A DNA stretch of 64,000 nt from Phoronis australis (taxonomy: Eukaryota > Animalia > Phoronida): the NCBI GenBank assembly GCA_002633005.1, contig NMRA01000018.1:1-64000 (forward strand). The letters are read 5' to 3'. Numbering within the stretch: position 1 is the first letter of the stretch; each line of letters opens with the position of its first letter. The translations under genes were made by a program, and so were the position numbers. This document shows, piece by piece, positions 23,880-37,978 of this stretch. The notes below the pieces were generated by a model. The model did not search any database, was not told where the DNA came from, and saw nothing but the letters and a program-made list of their open reading frames with translations.

Positions 23880-26800
23880 CTGGAACCAAACAAATAAAAT
23901 ATACAACTTTCATGGTATGCATATAGGTACAAATGTACTGTGAACAAGTATATTACAGCATTGTTGCTACGGTAACCATACAGATACAAGTGTACAGCAT
24001 GTAGGTTATCAGGAGGCCCAAGTTTGCTACCAAAACGAGCCTACGGCGGCCATTGTCCGACACGAAGTTTGAGAACGACTGCAAGCTGCCTTGTCATTCT
24101 GTGTTCAAATAAATACTTTCTTTTCGTTTGAATCCAAAGCGCTATTACTAAATCTAAACGTTCAGTTTTGTTTTTGTTTTTTTTTTACATTATCCCGGAC
24201 CGGCAGAACGTTTCATAGCTACACTCTCGTAATTTACGAACACTTTTATTAAGCGACCTTTCGAAAATATTTGAAAACTGAAACTTTTCAAGTCTTATTA
24301 TATAGGTCCTGGCCATTGGAAAGCAGCCGTGTATATAGGAGCACTATTTAACGATGTTATGATGGGAGGCGCACCATAGGTGCACATTTATTTAAGTGCT
24401 GCGCGCCCATCATTATGTCATTAAAATTACCAACTGAAGGCCGGGAGCACTTTCTGCGGTAAGCACAGTTGACGAGAATTTAAAAATCACGTTTTACTTC
24501 GTAAAGCACACCATTACATGAACATAGAAGGAATCCAAATACGAGTGTAATATCAGGAAGCCTGACTATGGGCGATGCCCAACAGGGGGGGCTGGGGGGG
24601 CTATAGCCTTCCCCATGCACCGCCCGTGCTCACTATATAGAAAATGGATTGAGCTTCCTGTGTAACAAATGTTCAAACGATAAATTTAAATCAAAATCGA
24701 TTAACCTTTCTTTTATTATCTATACATTAATATTATTTCGGTAAACCAAATTCTGTAAGCAACTGCAAGCGCTTCGAAACGATGGGGCTAATATCGCCTT
24801 TGAAACTCGGCGTGCTCCTACACGTGCGCGGGAAGTTTTGAGGTTACGAAAATACCCGAGGTGTTCCGGATGCTCTGAGACTTGATTGATTCGACTTCCG
24901 CCACGAGGAGTATTAAGACATTCGGCAGATTGCTGATAATTATTTTCATCAGCGTCACCACGTTATCATATAACTAGACATGTATTCTGCACAAGACTTA
25001 CTTCCACAGCCACTGGGCTTTAGCTGATTATAAACCATTCATTCGATTGCGCTTGTCTTGCGAAGAAACGAAAATAAACCTACCGCGATAATTATAATAC
25101 GTATGGCTTTATTAATCATTTCAAAATAAACTCCGTTATCAGATCGTGCACCTGCCATGAAATGAAAACATGCACGGCATCTCGTGGCAAGCAACGTGTT
25201 GTCTGAACACCAACATTATCGGGGGCTCTTCCCTTATTTTCGCAATACCAATATAATTTGACTCCTCCAAATGTTTTCAGAACACCGCTGCATTATATTA
25301 CCCCCATATTTTTACAAGCCCAGCATAGTCTGATTATTCGTGTTATGAGAACTCCAACAATATTCCACTACCGTGTTTTTCGGAAATCAACATCTTGCAG
25401 TTTCCAGGTTTGAAACACTATCCTGCCATTTCGGTATACCCTCTGTATTAGTATAGCAACCTTTGTACTTTCAATATATACAATAAGAAACAAATTTCAT
25501 TGTTTGTCAGGGTTTGAACATAGAAATACAAGGATGGGTTACAACTACGCAGGACACGGCAATCGTGTGTAACGACGCGTGCGCCGCTTACTCGTGTATA
25601 CAAGGCTGAGTTCCGCAGACCTCAAACACTCGCTAGAAAAGCTAGCGTGACCACGCGCTCCGCTTGTAATGCATGACAATAGCTCACGAAGTATTGCGTT
25701 ATCTTGCGTTTTCGCGAGCCTTTCGTGTCTACGGAGTACAACCCTAGGAATACCGAACATTCCCTTTACAATACGCGACATCCCTGTGTACGGTGCAAGC
25801 AAACCTTGTCAACACAAATCGACACAATAACTCGCACAGTAATTACCAGCAACTCGTTTTAATTCAATAATAATGCGACAACTTGTCTCGAGGTAATGAA
25901 CAATTGTAAAAATCAATGTTCGTTTGTCAATTTCTTCTAACTGTCGCTTATCAAGCTTATTAGCTCTTACGACCTTTCTGCTGTTTGCACATTTTTTATG
26001 TAATTAGACAGACTTTATGATACAAAACACTTGCCTACAGGTTATGGCAGCAGCGCTGACAAACCGAGGCAAGCACCCGTCAGGACGCTCCAAACTTTTA
26101 CGGTTTGACGAACGTAACAGAATATCATTTCAATGATACAGACGACATAAATCCAAGCTAACGGGTAAAAACAAGGTTCAACAATATTCAAATAACCAAG
26201 GAAACGTTCCATGCTAAACATTCCATTCTAGGTTCCAAGGTTGTTTGCCATGATTTTGAATTTGATCTACATTTACATGTCATCAAGGATTGCAAAATCC
26301 TTTTCAAAAACGCGGAGTGGTTTTGTTGCGTGTAAAACATGGGTAATGACAGACAACATAGAGCGATTCTGGAGTTTAGCAATGAAACGAATGTTTTTTG
26401 ACCAGATAAACTGAACCAGTTACCACTGCACCTTTATACTCGCTGTATTCCAAAACGAGAACCAAAATGACGATTTTCAAGGATGACGCTGCGTTTCGCT
26501 GTTATCAAATGACATTACTGTAGGTACATATGACATCGTATTTAACTGCTTACAGGGATCGTTTAAGAAAATCGTGGATATGAGTGAATGGACCCATACG
26601 GACTCTAGTCTACGGGCCAATATGTAGGCCCTATGGGCCACGATACTTTTTTATCTTTTTTCGCTTTCAATTTTAATGGCCGGGGTTCAGCCATCACATT
26701 GCATCGATGAAATTATTTTTGCGTCAATGACGTGGTGCGCGCTCCTAAAATTATCCCTCTGCTTACAACGTGTCTATCATTTCAGGAAGTTTATTGCATT

Positions 26801-29800
26801 TAGCAATTCTATTTATTGCTCTTGATTAGTTTACGTAGTGACGTCATTTAATTATAGTCATTTCAACATACGAAATAAACGTTTTGCCGTAAATTGCTGT
26901 ATCAGCCTCACCAAGACACACACACGCTTACAGCTGCATAAGAAAGGCATGCGGGCTGTTGTAATAAAACTGTCGTGCACGAGACGGATGGTCAATTGTG
27001 TGTAACACTGCTAATTACATTAACATTAGACCTCTCGGCATACTGGTAAATTTAAGCGCGAGAAGCGTTGTATATTGCCTGAGCAAACACAGGTTATTTG
27101 ATTGTAATGGATTAATTAGGCTATGGCACTTCTATCAGAGGGCGATTCATTGATTCGTTGTCCACACTTTTGTCTTCTAAATACATTAACCGTAACATCT
27201 GCTTCAGTTAATTTACGTCTGGTATCTGTAACCGGCCAGTGCCATATGACGGCACAGTTCGTGTTGGACGAGCAGGTTTATGATTATCAAGTCCCATTTT
27301 ACAAGTGGTCATGTACCTACGAAATGCATGGTGCCGTCAGCAGTGACGTGCAGCCAAAGTTAGTGAAAAGATTAGAATCCTGGCTAGTACATGCAATTTA
27401 ACGTTCGGCAACAGGTGATATGTTTATCTTTTCGGTAACAATGTTCGCGGTTTACTTTCAGTGACGTCAATACAAGTGTCAAAAACGCTTATCTATGTTA
27501 TTCTGTCAAACGCGGCACTCACACATTGATCTTTGTTTCGCCGACTTCAATGCGAATAACATAATTAATTACGTCAAATTGTTATTTTTTTACTATTGAA
27601 TCCCTTTCTAGTGGGAATTGCAGGAAAATTATGCAAACGTTATTCTTGGTCGACTATAATTCTTCAAAAGTAAAAAACACATGTAAACTGGTCTATGTTA
27701 CGACTAGTACTGTGAAGGTTTCTTGGAAAAATCTGGTTTCCCGTGGCCAGATCTAGACGACTCGACACCATCTTCGTCGAGGCAAATATCTCTTTCAATT
27801 GACGGAGTTTAATGATTAATTGACAGTAATATTTGGACGGAATCGCGTGCGAAACTACAACAACGCGTTTCAGTCGTGTAACTGTATCATTACCTCGATG
27901 AAATCCGTACTGTATCGCAGATGCTAAGTTACGTAAAATCTATTTTGAAAAGAACGCGGTCATTTTCAGACCTCAGTACTCCCCACTCAACAAAGGTACC
28001 GTAAGCGCCACAGCAATGCGCGTCACAAACACGCATATTCAAGGTTCCCTATGTCAAAATCTTAATGTTACTGTGAGCTATGAAGATTTACGGGTGATTT
28101 TAATGTATTTGGTGACAACGCCACCTCTGTTAGAAAACGTCAACTATCCCACTTCAGCACGATTTCCAAGGGAATTTAAACGGTTTTCATTGCCATGTCG
28201 TTTATTAAAACTCATATCGGTCTTTCGGCTTCCTCTACAAGGGTGGGTTTAGCAAGAAAGCCGCCAGATTAAAATTCAATGCGTGGCATTATTGTTTATC
28301 GCGAAACAAATCTTTAATAGCTATTACGGCTAATAACGAAATTACGGGTTAGACATTGAATAGTGCGGTTGCCCGACATCCAAGAAAAGTTGGTTGCCTA
28401 GTGTTTAGCAAACAATTCGTGCCTTTTCAGGATTTGTTTAGATTTGCAATATACATTTCGCAGGAACGAGGCCAGAACTAAGACATTCGATGATGAAAAC
28501 GCTAGGCTTAATGTCAGTTTACACAAATGAACAAAGTAACCCAGGTTAAAAAACGTTTTCTATTCTAAACAGAGTGTGTGCTCGAGTGCGTAAGCTGTTC
28601 ATTTTTAAGAAAGACCTCGATACCGTGCCCGTCGTCACACCAGCAGATTGGAATGAAAACACAAGGACACAATGTACGGAAGACCATAAGGGACTTCTAA
28701 TTTCTTAATTCTGGGAATTTATATCTCAACACAGCGCACGTGCCACTAGTGGCGGATATACGCGCAGTCCACACTGAAAAATAAGTTTTGATAACATGTG
28801 TATTGCGAAAATGAAATCGATAAATCTGGCCAATTCACGAGTAGGTGGAACCCTAGAAAAATATTCAAATTCGGTTAACTTCGAAACATCATATTATGTG
28901 CACTGCTGTAGTGGGGCGTAGGCGCACGTAAGCGCAGCGAGCCCCATTTTGGGATTTGAACGTAGCGCCTACGCACCGTAAGTTACGTTCAGTGCTCAAG
29001 GTTATGCGGTGGCCTTTGGACACCTACTTACAGTACCTATAATTTTACCAGTACAGCACTGATTAGGTGAAACTTTCGGACCATGTACATTATCCACTTT
29101 TTTACAAAGAGCTATTAGGAATAGTTTTATAATGATCCACTTTGGGGGTATTAAACAAGACTTTTATTAAAAAAGCATAAGTTGCATAAAACAAAAACGA
29201 AATGATAATTTAGAAAACTGTAACAGCGTGTGTGAGATTTCATATTGAACATTTACAAACAAAAAGTGGTGATGTCATTGCTAACAGTGACTGTACCCTT
29301 CTCTTTTACTGATTTTTCTAAACATGCTTGCTCACGTGACCAAATTTCTGGCCGTTGGGTATAAAGTAAAAAGCCAAATTCTCCAGGCTTTGAATTTTCA
29401 AAAAAAAGAACATTCAGGGAGTTGAATTTTACAGTTTTGTAGACACTTGGTTAAGTGCACAGGCGTGTCTATGACGTCACACATAACCCAAGGCCACGTG
29501 GTTTATACTATGTAGTAAATACTAAACAGGTCTGTACCACATATCTACAAAACTAAATATTTAAAAGTAGAAAGCCTGCGAAGTTTGATTTGTGAATGTT
29601 TACCAATCTGCCATTACTTGGATCACGTGGCCACGTCTTTTAGAAAAATTAAGCAAAATCAAAGGTACATCGACAGCAAAACAATTGTATAAATGATCAT
29701 GATTTTGTTTAAATATCAATGTTAAAGACGAAATTTCAAAAACGCCGTTAAAGTTTTCTGAAATGTCATTTCGTTTCGTTTTATGGACTGTAGATTACAT

Positions 29801-32800
29801 AAGTCCAATTTTATAGTCCCTCCTACAAAAATAGAACATTTAAAAAACAGTTCCCAAATGCTCACAAACATTTTAAGTCTGGTCTGCTCGCCACCGACTG
29901 GGCACATCATTTGACCTAATGAACACAAGCCGAGAAGATTTCTGCCCAGATCAGGTCTTTCTGAGATAGGATGTTCCGAAGTTGGCCAAATTCGGACGTT
30001 CACTAGGGTCCTACACGACTTTACTTAGACAGTTGCAAAGACATTCGATTCACCTTGTTCACTCGTTGCTGCGCAGTGGTCGTTGAATTTAGATTAATTT
30101 GGGGTTAGCGTGCCGGGTAACCGTAAGTTATGGACCTTTTTCTGCCTAGGTAATTGTGCGACATACATTTTGCTCGCCATCTGTAGGCTGGAAGTGTAAT
30201 TGTACTTGCTGCGATGATTGGTTTCATTCTTCTAGGGACACTGGTGTCCAACAACCCACTGCAGATGTCCACACATCTCTTACTGGTGTCCAACAACCCA
30301 CTGCAGATGTCCACACATCTCCTACTGTAAAAAGGCCATGCCGTGTCTGGTGCATGTACCTTTCACAATGTTTATATTCACACGACAAAAAACAGTCAAT
30401 TTTTCACCTTGTACACACACACGCACTAGTGCGCACGNATGCACACAAGTGGGCACGGGCCCGTCTCACGTTTCGAGACAAGTTGTGTGCCTCTATTTAA
30501 CGCTGGCGTTCGTTGCCCGTTGACTGGAAGTGTAATCTATCGTTTGATCACCGTGTCCAAGAGACACACATATACTATGGTTGCAAACTGCGCGGGAAAT
30601 GACACATTTTATGCCCGTATTAAATGTGCGGTCATGTAATTGGGTCACGTGAGCTCTGGAGAAAATGTATGCGCCCAAGTTAAACGGATTGTTTAATCAC
30701 TTAAATTATACTTTATTGTCACCCATCGAACTGCGCTTGTATGTGAAATTTGGGTGCATGCGCCAATATGCGAATCACTTGGGTAAAAAAGGCCATGCAA
30801 AAAGGCATTGTTGCATATTTAACCCATGGGCCTAAAGGCGCGGCAATACGGTAGTAGTGAATTACATGCATGCTAGTCAACTCACATCCGCAACATAAGC
30901 ATGGACGACACCAGCCATCATTGACGTCATGTGTTACTTTTTAATTGCCGCTGTAAAGGCTCTCTTCAAGCGTAATTTCTGAAGTTTCAAAATCGATAAT
31001 GAAGGCATTTCAAAGTGAAGTAAGTGCGTGATAACGCGGATATGGTTGGCAATACTCATCAAGAAACAAATCTGCCAATCACGTGCCTGTTTTTAAAAGG
31101 CGTTATTTTATTATCACTCACGTCAAGATCGTTTTAATACGTTATTATCTGTCATTTAGTTGTTTATGTAACTTCTTGGCTTACTTGTTACTTCTGCACC
31201 CAATGCCCTGCAGAAGACGACAAAAAACCCCGTGAACTCGAAAGTGCGAGTGACAAAACGCTCGAAAAATAACAGTGGAAATTTTGTAGAAATACGAACT
31301 CCTCAAAACTAGATGACTAGCAAGAGCGCCGATTGAAGTTTCGACTTCTTTGTTTTGGTCATTACTTTTTACGAGCCAAAATTCGAGTGGAAATATGCAG
31401 TCACTCGTATTTTTAATCAGATATTTTTAGCTATGTTCAGCGCTGGTAGTGCATGGGCGGCACAGCACTGAAAAAGTGGGGGCTATAGCCTCCCCCTCCC
31501 AGCCCTTCTGGGATGCATCGCCCATGATGTTTTAACTAGTTTTGGCTACCGCGTTGAACATGGCGTCCACGAATTCAACAATCACGTGCATTGTACGTGT
31601 GCGCACGACTTTGGCCGTAGCAGAAGTCTTCAATCAAATTGGCAAAACTGGTAAAAGTAAGTCACATGAAGTTGGCCAGCAAAGACGTAAAGAAAAATGA
31701 TACGATCTTACACACAGACGCAGTATTTCAAATTAATCACACAGACAATGTAGAAAACTGAGCACTTTGCTGCATCATGCCCGCACTCAACCTGGCTCAG
31801 CACAACATACAACAGTTCTTTCATTGTTTGGCCTACTCGATGATATCCAAAACACTGGCGTGTGTTCAGTAACGCTAGGACCTAGTTAAAATCTGGCCAA
31901 AGTCACGTGCTCTTATTTGAAATACACGGCAATATCTCACGTAATCTCGCGAAGTCTTGCTTTTTAGCGAATTCCTAGCGTTACTGAACGGGAGGCTGGT
32001 TGTTGATGACACAGCCCGGCGATGGGCATTCAATTTGTAGACGCGTACATATGGCCTAACTGGGCTACGAAACGATAAAAATTACTGAATCGGTGGCGTT
32101 GGAAACAATCATCTGGTGGTTACAGTTGCACATGTATATTGCGTGCAGAACACGTTTTGATTGTTGGCTACATTTTGAGCGAATACATCTACTTATATAC
32201 GACCAGTGACTAAATGTAGGTAAAAATGAAAAGCAGTTGTTTTTAGGCCCACTTAAACCATGTTTACGGTCATTTTCTATTATTAGCGTGATGGCGGAAC
32301 GGCACACTCAGGTGCACGTACGTCAACGTCGCAGTGCGCATTGCATTAAAGCGCTTAGTCTCGCCAGACAGAAATCATCGCTGTGTATCGATTACAAAGT
32401 AGTCGAGTATTCCAATGGCAGTTTTTAATCAATGTAAATTTGCATAGTCAAACCAACCGAGCGTGTCGTGGTTAGAAAAATAACGAGGACGGCGTAAACT
32501 GCACATTTCAATCATGTCCAAGTGCGTTCATTAACCGGATCGGTTAGCATGTTTCGAGCGAAAGCGTCTCGCGCAAGGGGCGATTTGGTATGTGTAAATA
32601 AACATTACACTTGTACGCGCAGGTGAAGAGGGAACCGAAGACAACATTTTCTTATCTTGGAATTTCTAGATATATGTTTAGTGCATAGGAACGACTCAGT
32701 GACGGAAACTTTAAAGTGGAACTTGCACGCTAATTCCTTATCTCTGTGATAGCTATGATTGAAGCATATAGTGACATTTGAATATAAAGTAATTTGAAAA

Positions 32801-34104
32801 TTGTCAAATGTTTTTAAGAACCAGTTTTGTGTCGAAAATGATCCCCGTTAATCACTCAACCGTGTATCGTGACGTGATGTTGGGGAATAACACTGCACAA
32901 GATAATAAATAAGAGGTGGTCCAAACCTCGATCTGCACACCTGAACTGAGCACACTTATCGCAATCATTCAGTAGACGAAGGTCAAATTCAAGTTTCTGT
33001 TGGCCGGAAACCCTCACGCTCTCACACGGAAAGTCTATGGTTGCCACGGTAACCCCGAGACAGCAGTATCGCCCCTGGGTTTTGAGTTGCTCTGGGGGTT
33101 AAAGGAGATGATCCAGGGGTTTAGGCCCCCTGTCATGTGAACCAGTAGAATCTGTGTCTTGTTTACCATGTGAACTATAACGGCCAGTAGTAAATAATAA
33201 ATGTTTCCAAATAACGTCTCCCTACACTTACCTGGCGTAGTCGTTTTTACACAGGATCATTCCATTTTTACAAAAGCAAGACGGCCCGAGCTCTCCTAGC
33301 GGCACTTGACAACAACTACATTTCAAGCAGTCTGTGTGCCAGAAGCGGCTCATCGCGTGCAACAGGAATCGGTCCGCTATTTTGTTGCCACACGAAGCGC
33401 ATTGTTTTAGATTACTGCATTTGCTCTTCCCATTACTGCTGGCACTAGTGTTGTTGCCGTTGTTGTTGGTGTTGGTGTTGTTATTGTTGTTGCTGCTGGT
33501 AGACTTGCTATTGGATGCGCTGGTCTGCGGTTCTGGAACTGAAACGATTGTCGTTCTTCAGGATTACGGCCACCAGTGATTATCAAGTCAGTCTAAGAGA
33601 AACCTTCACACTGCTATTCTCGCAAACTCCTGGGCTCATTCAAGTTACACAGGCTAGAAGCAATGTCTATGACCTCATCAGGAGTGTACAAAAGCGCTTG
33701 TATGCGCGCTACAACACTACTAATGACGTCATGTCTGGTTGAAATAAATTTGAGAAAAAAAATCAGGTATTGACTTAGGTACTGTGCCCAGTGAGCTCAG
33801 TGAACAAAATTGGCAAAATATAATGCCTCATACCCGGCACTTGCGACATAAGGTCAACTTTACATTTCGTGTAGATAATAAGAGCGAATATGCGTCACGT
33901 TGTTAGGAACTGCTTCTTACGTCGGTGAGGAGGGTTTATTACAGTGGTAGGGCAGAATACATATTCTCTAGATTGAAAAGTGAATAATTTGTCGTTTATA
34001 ATTTGAGAAATAATTCTGATGTAAATATCAACTAATGAATAGATAGCGAATATCTTACCTGAATCACCGCTGTGATTCACACGGGTTCCGGCTTGCGAAG
34101 ACAT
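23621..34104 (-). CDS. LMO4: LIM domain only protein 4, complete CDS, 3 coding exons, 203 aa
   Basis: Exons 34059-34104, 33232-33538 and 23621-23879 (phases 1 and 2; 612 nt including stop). LIM1: CASCGNKIADRFLLHAMSRFWHTDCLKCSCCQVPLGELGPSCFCKNGMILCKNDYAR. LIM2: LFGPGGACSSCRQNIPANEFVMRAQNQVYHLKCFTCVTC...LVPGDR...CEQD. Closely matches vertebrate LMO4 (KIADRFLL, GMILC, VMRAQ, LVPGDR). Confidence 0.95.
24567..24628. mobile_element. Tiny CATGGGCG-ended MITE
   Basis: TATGGGCGATGC...GGGCTATAGCC...GCACCGCCCGTG; same family as 31452-31526 and 48171-48241. Confidence 0.65.
29090..29880. mobile_element. Degenerate foldback element in the LMO4 intron
   Basis: Collinear inverted blocks: AAACGAAATGA..TTTAGAAAACT / AGTTTTCTGAAATGTCATTTCGTTT; TTTTTCTAAA / TTTAGAAAAA; CACGTGACCAA / TTGGATCACGTG; AGTTTTGTAGA / TCTACAAAACT. 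Confidence 0.75.
30240..30327 (+). repeat. Tandem duplication, 42-bp unit x2
   Basis: ACTGGTGTCCAACAACCCACTGCAGATGTCCACACATCTC at 30240 and 30282. Confidence 0.95.
31452..31526. mobile_element. Tiny CATGGGCG-ended MITE
   Basis: CATGGGCG...CGCCCATG with an internal GGGGCTATAGCC palindrome. Confidence 0.7.
31858..31995. mobile_element. PIF/Harbinger-like MITE (AACGCTAGGAC family)
   Basis: Perfect 17-bp inverted repeat GTTCAGTAACGCTAGGA (31864) / TCCTAGCGTTACTGAAC (ends 31989); CTG on both flanks; further copies near 21205, 21811 and 34641. Confidence 0.8.
33232..33538 (-). CDS. LMO4: LMO4 coding exon 2 (Asn/Ser tract + LIM1)
   Basis: tttcag| ... AG|GTAAGT; absent from the ORF track because it has no start codon. 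Confidence 0.95.
34059..34104 (-). CDS. LMO4: LMO4 putative first coding exon (MSSQAGTRVNHSGDS)
   Basis: ATG 5 nt after the acceptor ctgttttcag|; donor G|GTAAGA in phase 1 matches the next exon. Confidence 0.75.
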
Positions 34105-34640
34105 GTTATCTGAAAACAGTCACAGAAGCACGAGGTCAACGCAATTGAAATTACTATCAGATCGCGACGTCACGATCTTCTTAGACCAGGAGCGGCTGTT
34201 TAAGCAAAACTGGCAAGATTTGAATCAGAATGTTTTACTAACTCTCCCAATTCACAATCCATGCAATCCTTGGCCCATTCTATGTTAGGATAATTTATAC
34301 AAATTATCTAAGGAGCTAACAATTTTAAGTCTGTTTCAGAGATCTTGTACTTTTTGTTGAAGAGGGATAAAGATCTTTTTCAGAAACAGTTGTATGTAAC
34401 GAAGGACAAGGTTGGTCTTAAGCAGGCTGTGTTTCATTAAACACGCTTCAAGGTTATACATTGGGAAGTTAGAGTGTTAATTGCAGTCAACAGCATTGTT
34501 CAACAATTGCAATGTGACGAGTGACTGCGTGTGCAATTCCGTTGTTGCTACGCAACTTGGCCCTGAACAATTTCCTGTGAAACGTAACCAACGCGACATC
34601 TGGGATGGGTTCCATAGACAAATCAAATTCGCGAGTAAAG

Positions 34641-34805
34641 CTGACTCCCGTTCACTCACTAACGCTAGGACCTCGCTAAAAGTCAAAACTTCGCGAGATT
34701 GTGTGAGATATTGCCGTGTATCTTAAATGAGAACACGTCACTTAGGCTAGATGAGTGTTAGCTAAGTCCTAGCGCAGGTTCCAGCATTGTTCAACGCACG
34801 CCTGG
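34641..34805. mobile_element. AACGCTAGGAC-family MITE, inverted relative to 31858-31995
   Basis: CTCCCGTTCA..AACGCTAGGACCTCGCTAAAA...CTTCGCGAGATT..GTGAGATATTGCCGTGTAT...GTCCTAGCG. Confidence 0.8.
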
Positions 34806-35688
34806 TGTGAGCACTTGCTGTGAAAACAATTTATAGCGGTATCTCGCGAAGACTTGGGTGCTTCTTAAGTTTACGGGACGCAGGCCTGATATCTTAGTTC
34901 TTCCAATCTCGGCAGGCACTCCCAATATAGATGAGGATGAAAATATCCCTACCACTTGTCACCATAGTTTCCTGTACCCGTAATGGTAATTAGGCGCATG
35001 CGCCTATAACTGAAACATTTGAGTTAAACCGAGAAGCAAGTAAATGAATCTCGACTCATCAGTTACAAGACGATAGACGTTGACATTCATTCAGTGTAAC
35101 ACTGATTGGTAAAAAACCGTGTGGACCAAAACATAAGAATGAAAGCGATAGAGAGCGACACCAGACGAAACTGATCCGGTGAGGATGAGATTGTGCGAAA
35201 ACGTTCAATGTTGCTAGTTTGATTCAAAATGACCCGTCAAAACATGTCAGAATTGATTTACATTCGATTTTAACAAACAGGCACCGAACTTTTGACGAAA
35301 CGTGTTTATGGTTTATCGTCAATAATTTTTTAAATCTTTGAAAAGATTATATATCATCCTCAAAGGTCTAAACATGCGTATAGCCATGGTAGTTCATGTA
35401 TGCTACAATATTGTATAGACCACCATAGAAATAATGGCAATGGTCTTTTCGTAGTGGAATTCTATCTTACGTATTTCATGTATTTCAATTACCCGTGTGT
35501 TTGTGTAATTCTGTTTGGTTACAATGACATAAGCGCATGTTGACATAACAAGCAAATCACGTGGAATTAACAAGGCATGAGACGTCACAGATATTTTTTA
35601 ATTGTGTAGATGTAATATTGTGAAGATGGTTCCCAAGTACAATGTCGAAACGAGGTTATCAGAGGTAGGGTAACATAGCACGACCAGA

Positions 35689-35790
35689 TACGTCAAAGCA
35701 CGTGCGCGTGGCCGGAGCATCCAGTGTGGCGGGTGTATTACGTCAAATCACGTACCCGTGGCCGGGGTATTCAGTGAGCCGGTTGTATTT
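35689..35790 (+). repeat. Diverged tandem duplication, 50-bp unit x2
   Basis: TACGTCAAA.CACGT.C.CGTGGCCGG.G.AT.CAGTG at 35689 and 35739. Confidence 0.85.
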
Positions 35791-37681
35791 AATTTAGCTG
35801 ACTGGAATCTTGGCAGGGGTTATTTTTGTAATTGTTATACGTGCACGATACTCAATTGTGCAGAATAGAATTACGAAACTGATTCACTAAGGAAGCGATC
35901 TGATTGGAAAAGGCCAAGCGTGTAAAAGCAATTTCGTTGTATTGTTATTGCAAAGAAAGAACTCCAAGTTCCTATAAATTTTATATGATCCATCACGGTG
36001 CGATTACTTCAAGTCCCATTAAAAGAAAGTGAACGTGTTCAACGTAGTTTGATTGTAGTTCGTTCCTCCAAATTCGGAAACCTTGCGGCACGTTTTCTTT
36101 CACAAGAAAGGAGGCAATTTGCGGAAGAAAATTATTTCAAAACATTCCGTGGGGTACACACCGCGTCGTTATTACCTCCGTTGTTTTGGGAAGAAAGTGT
36201 CTCATTTTAAGTGTTGAGTGTCAATGATCGATCGAACTTCATTATTATCGTAACATCGGAATGCCGTGTGTGGGACGAAGCGCTAATACCTTTTTGTTTT
36301 CACCCGGTGAGAACCCCAGTTTTAGGACTCGCAGTGTGACTGGTATTCTTGATATGCAGCGCACTGTGGCCGACACACGAACAGCAAATACTATCTTGAA
36401 ATTAATTATGTTAGATTCTTTTGAAATGAACCAGTGGAGAGTACGTTTTCGCTCAAATGGTTCGTGTTAGATTTATTTAATTAAGTTTTAACAATAACGT
36501 GACTTGGAGCATCTATAAAACAGTCACAAAATGGACAATAAACGGTATCCTTTTACCCATTACCGGATGTCGTGTCCGGACAAAGATTGGCTTGTTTTAC
36601 ACTCCTTCACAGTGCCACAGGTGGCGCTGTGTCAGAAGGTAGCCTTGTTTCACATTTTTTCGTCTGCGAACGTTTCATAAAAAGTAGTTGTTGGTCGTTG
36701 AAAGTTGGGCTGCCATCGATTGTAACGTGGTGTCAAGAAGATACTCGGAGCAAATTTGACTCCATATTTTATTTCGATACTTATTTTAAAAGATTAGATT
36801 TTCTTTATACGTCTAGTGAAAAGATGAACTTTTGTTGACGCATAAAAGTTATTTTTTTATCCATCTTTTGTGACTTATTTACGTGGTTGACTGCAAAAAT
36901 ACTAAGGATTGGCAACACATAGTGGAGATTAGTTTGATTATAATACACCTTTATCTAAAGCGATCTTGATCCTTCAGGGCTTATTTATTTCCGTCTTGTT
37001 CTACTGTAGGCCTACGTGTTATACAAGTTGATTTTTTCATTAAAATAAATAAAATTTTCAGAATTCCTTTATGTCTGTCTAGTAGGTATCTTCTTGGCCT
37101 GAGGTAAAAACCCATGTGGTCAATTTAGTGGGGGTCCCATTCCCACGTGGTCTAAGAAGTGTAGTCACGTTCTTCCAACAGCCGACGATAAATGTGGCTG
37201 GTTTTGTACTCGTGGGTTCAGGAGTCTAAGGTAACACTAAATCAGAACGATATTATCATCTATTCACGCTCGTATCATTTCGGTGCTTCCCGAAACGTGA
37301 AATTACTTTCCTTTCTGTAAACATGATATCTTGGTGCGATTTCGTAGTTACAGAAGCAGGCAGCGTAAAATTAACAAGATCAAAGAGTCGTCTGTAATAT
37401 GCCCGCGTTGTATTGCGCTGTGCTGTCCTGAATCGTCTGCGCGACGAGGAATCTTCCTCAACTTCGTTTAGCGTCCGATAAAGTTGGAGAAATTTGACTT
37501 AACCATATTCTATCCATAAAACTGTGACTACACTTCGCCAGGATTTACATAAGTAATGTCAAGAAATATTTACCGTATTTCCAGACTCCCAGTGTTACTG
37601 CTGGATCCGCGCCTAAGTAAAAGCAATCGAACCAAACGAAGTTACTCTGATTGTTAACCACCGTATGTCAGAACCTGTAAC

Positions 37682-37978
37682 CAAGGAGTGTACGAGTATA
37701 GGAGAGTTCACNACAGAACACACAAAATGAAAGACAATGTATCGTATTATTGAATAACTGACAATCCTTACCTTTCTGGATCCTTAGGAAACCTACAAAA
37801 TGACACGTCTGGGGTTTTCGTGGATGAATTCATGCAATTTATCGCACTGCAAAATGCGTCCGTCCCCATTGTTTTGGCGCTTCCTGGTTGACCGTAGCTT
37901 GTTCACCACTTGGCGGCGCTAGTAGTAGCGGTAACAGCGAACTCACAAGTGAACTCTCCTATACTACTACACTCCTTG
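37682..37978 (-). mobile_element. P-superfamily DNA transposon with THAP first exon; interior collapsed at an N or deleted
   Basis: 30-bp TIRs CAAGGAGTGTA(CG/GT)AGTATAGGAGAGTTCAC (28/30 match) and 7-bp TSD CTGTAAC (37675-37681, 37979-37985). Exon 37772-37869 encodes MGTDAFCSAINCMNSSTKTPDVSFCRFPKDPE(R) and ends at the donor GTAAGG. N at 37712. Confidence 0.88.

Noticed and set aside
33334-33579. Leu-rich + strand ORF resembling a membrane protein
   Set aside because: Antisense shadow of the LMO4 (AAC)n tract.
37772-37792. 21-nt LMO4 5' micro-exon
   Set aside because: It is the 3' end of the THAP exon (FPKDPE) of the P element.
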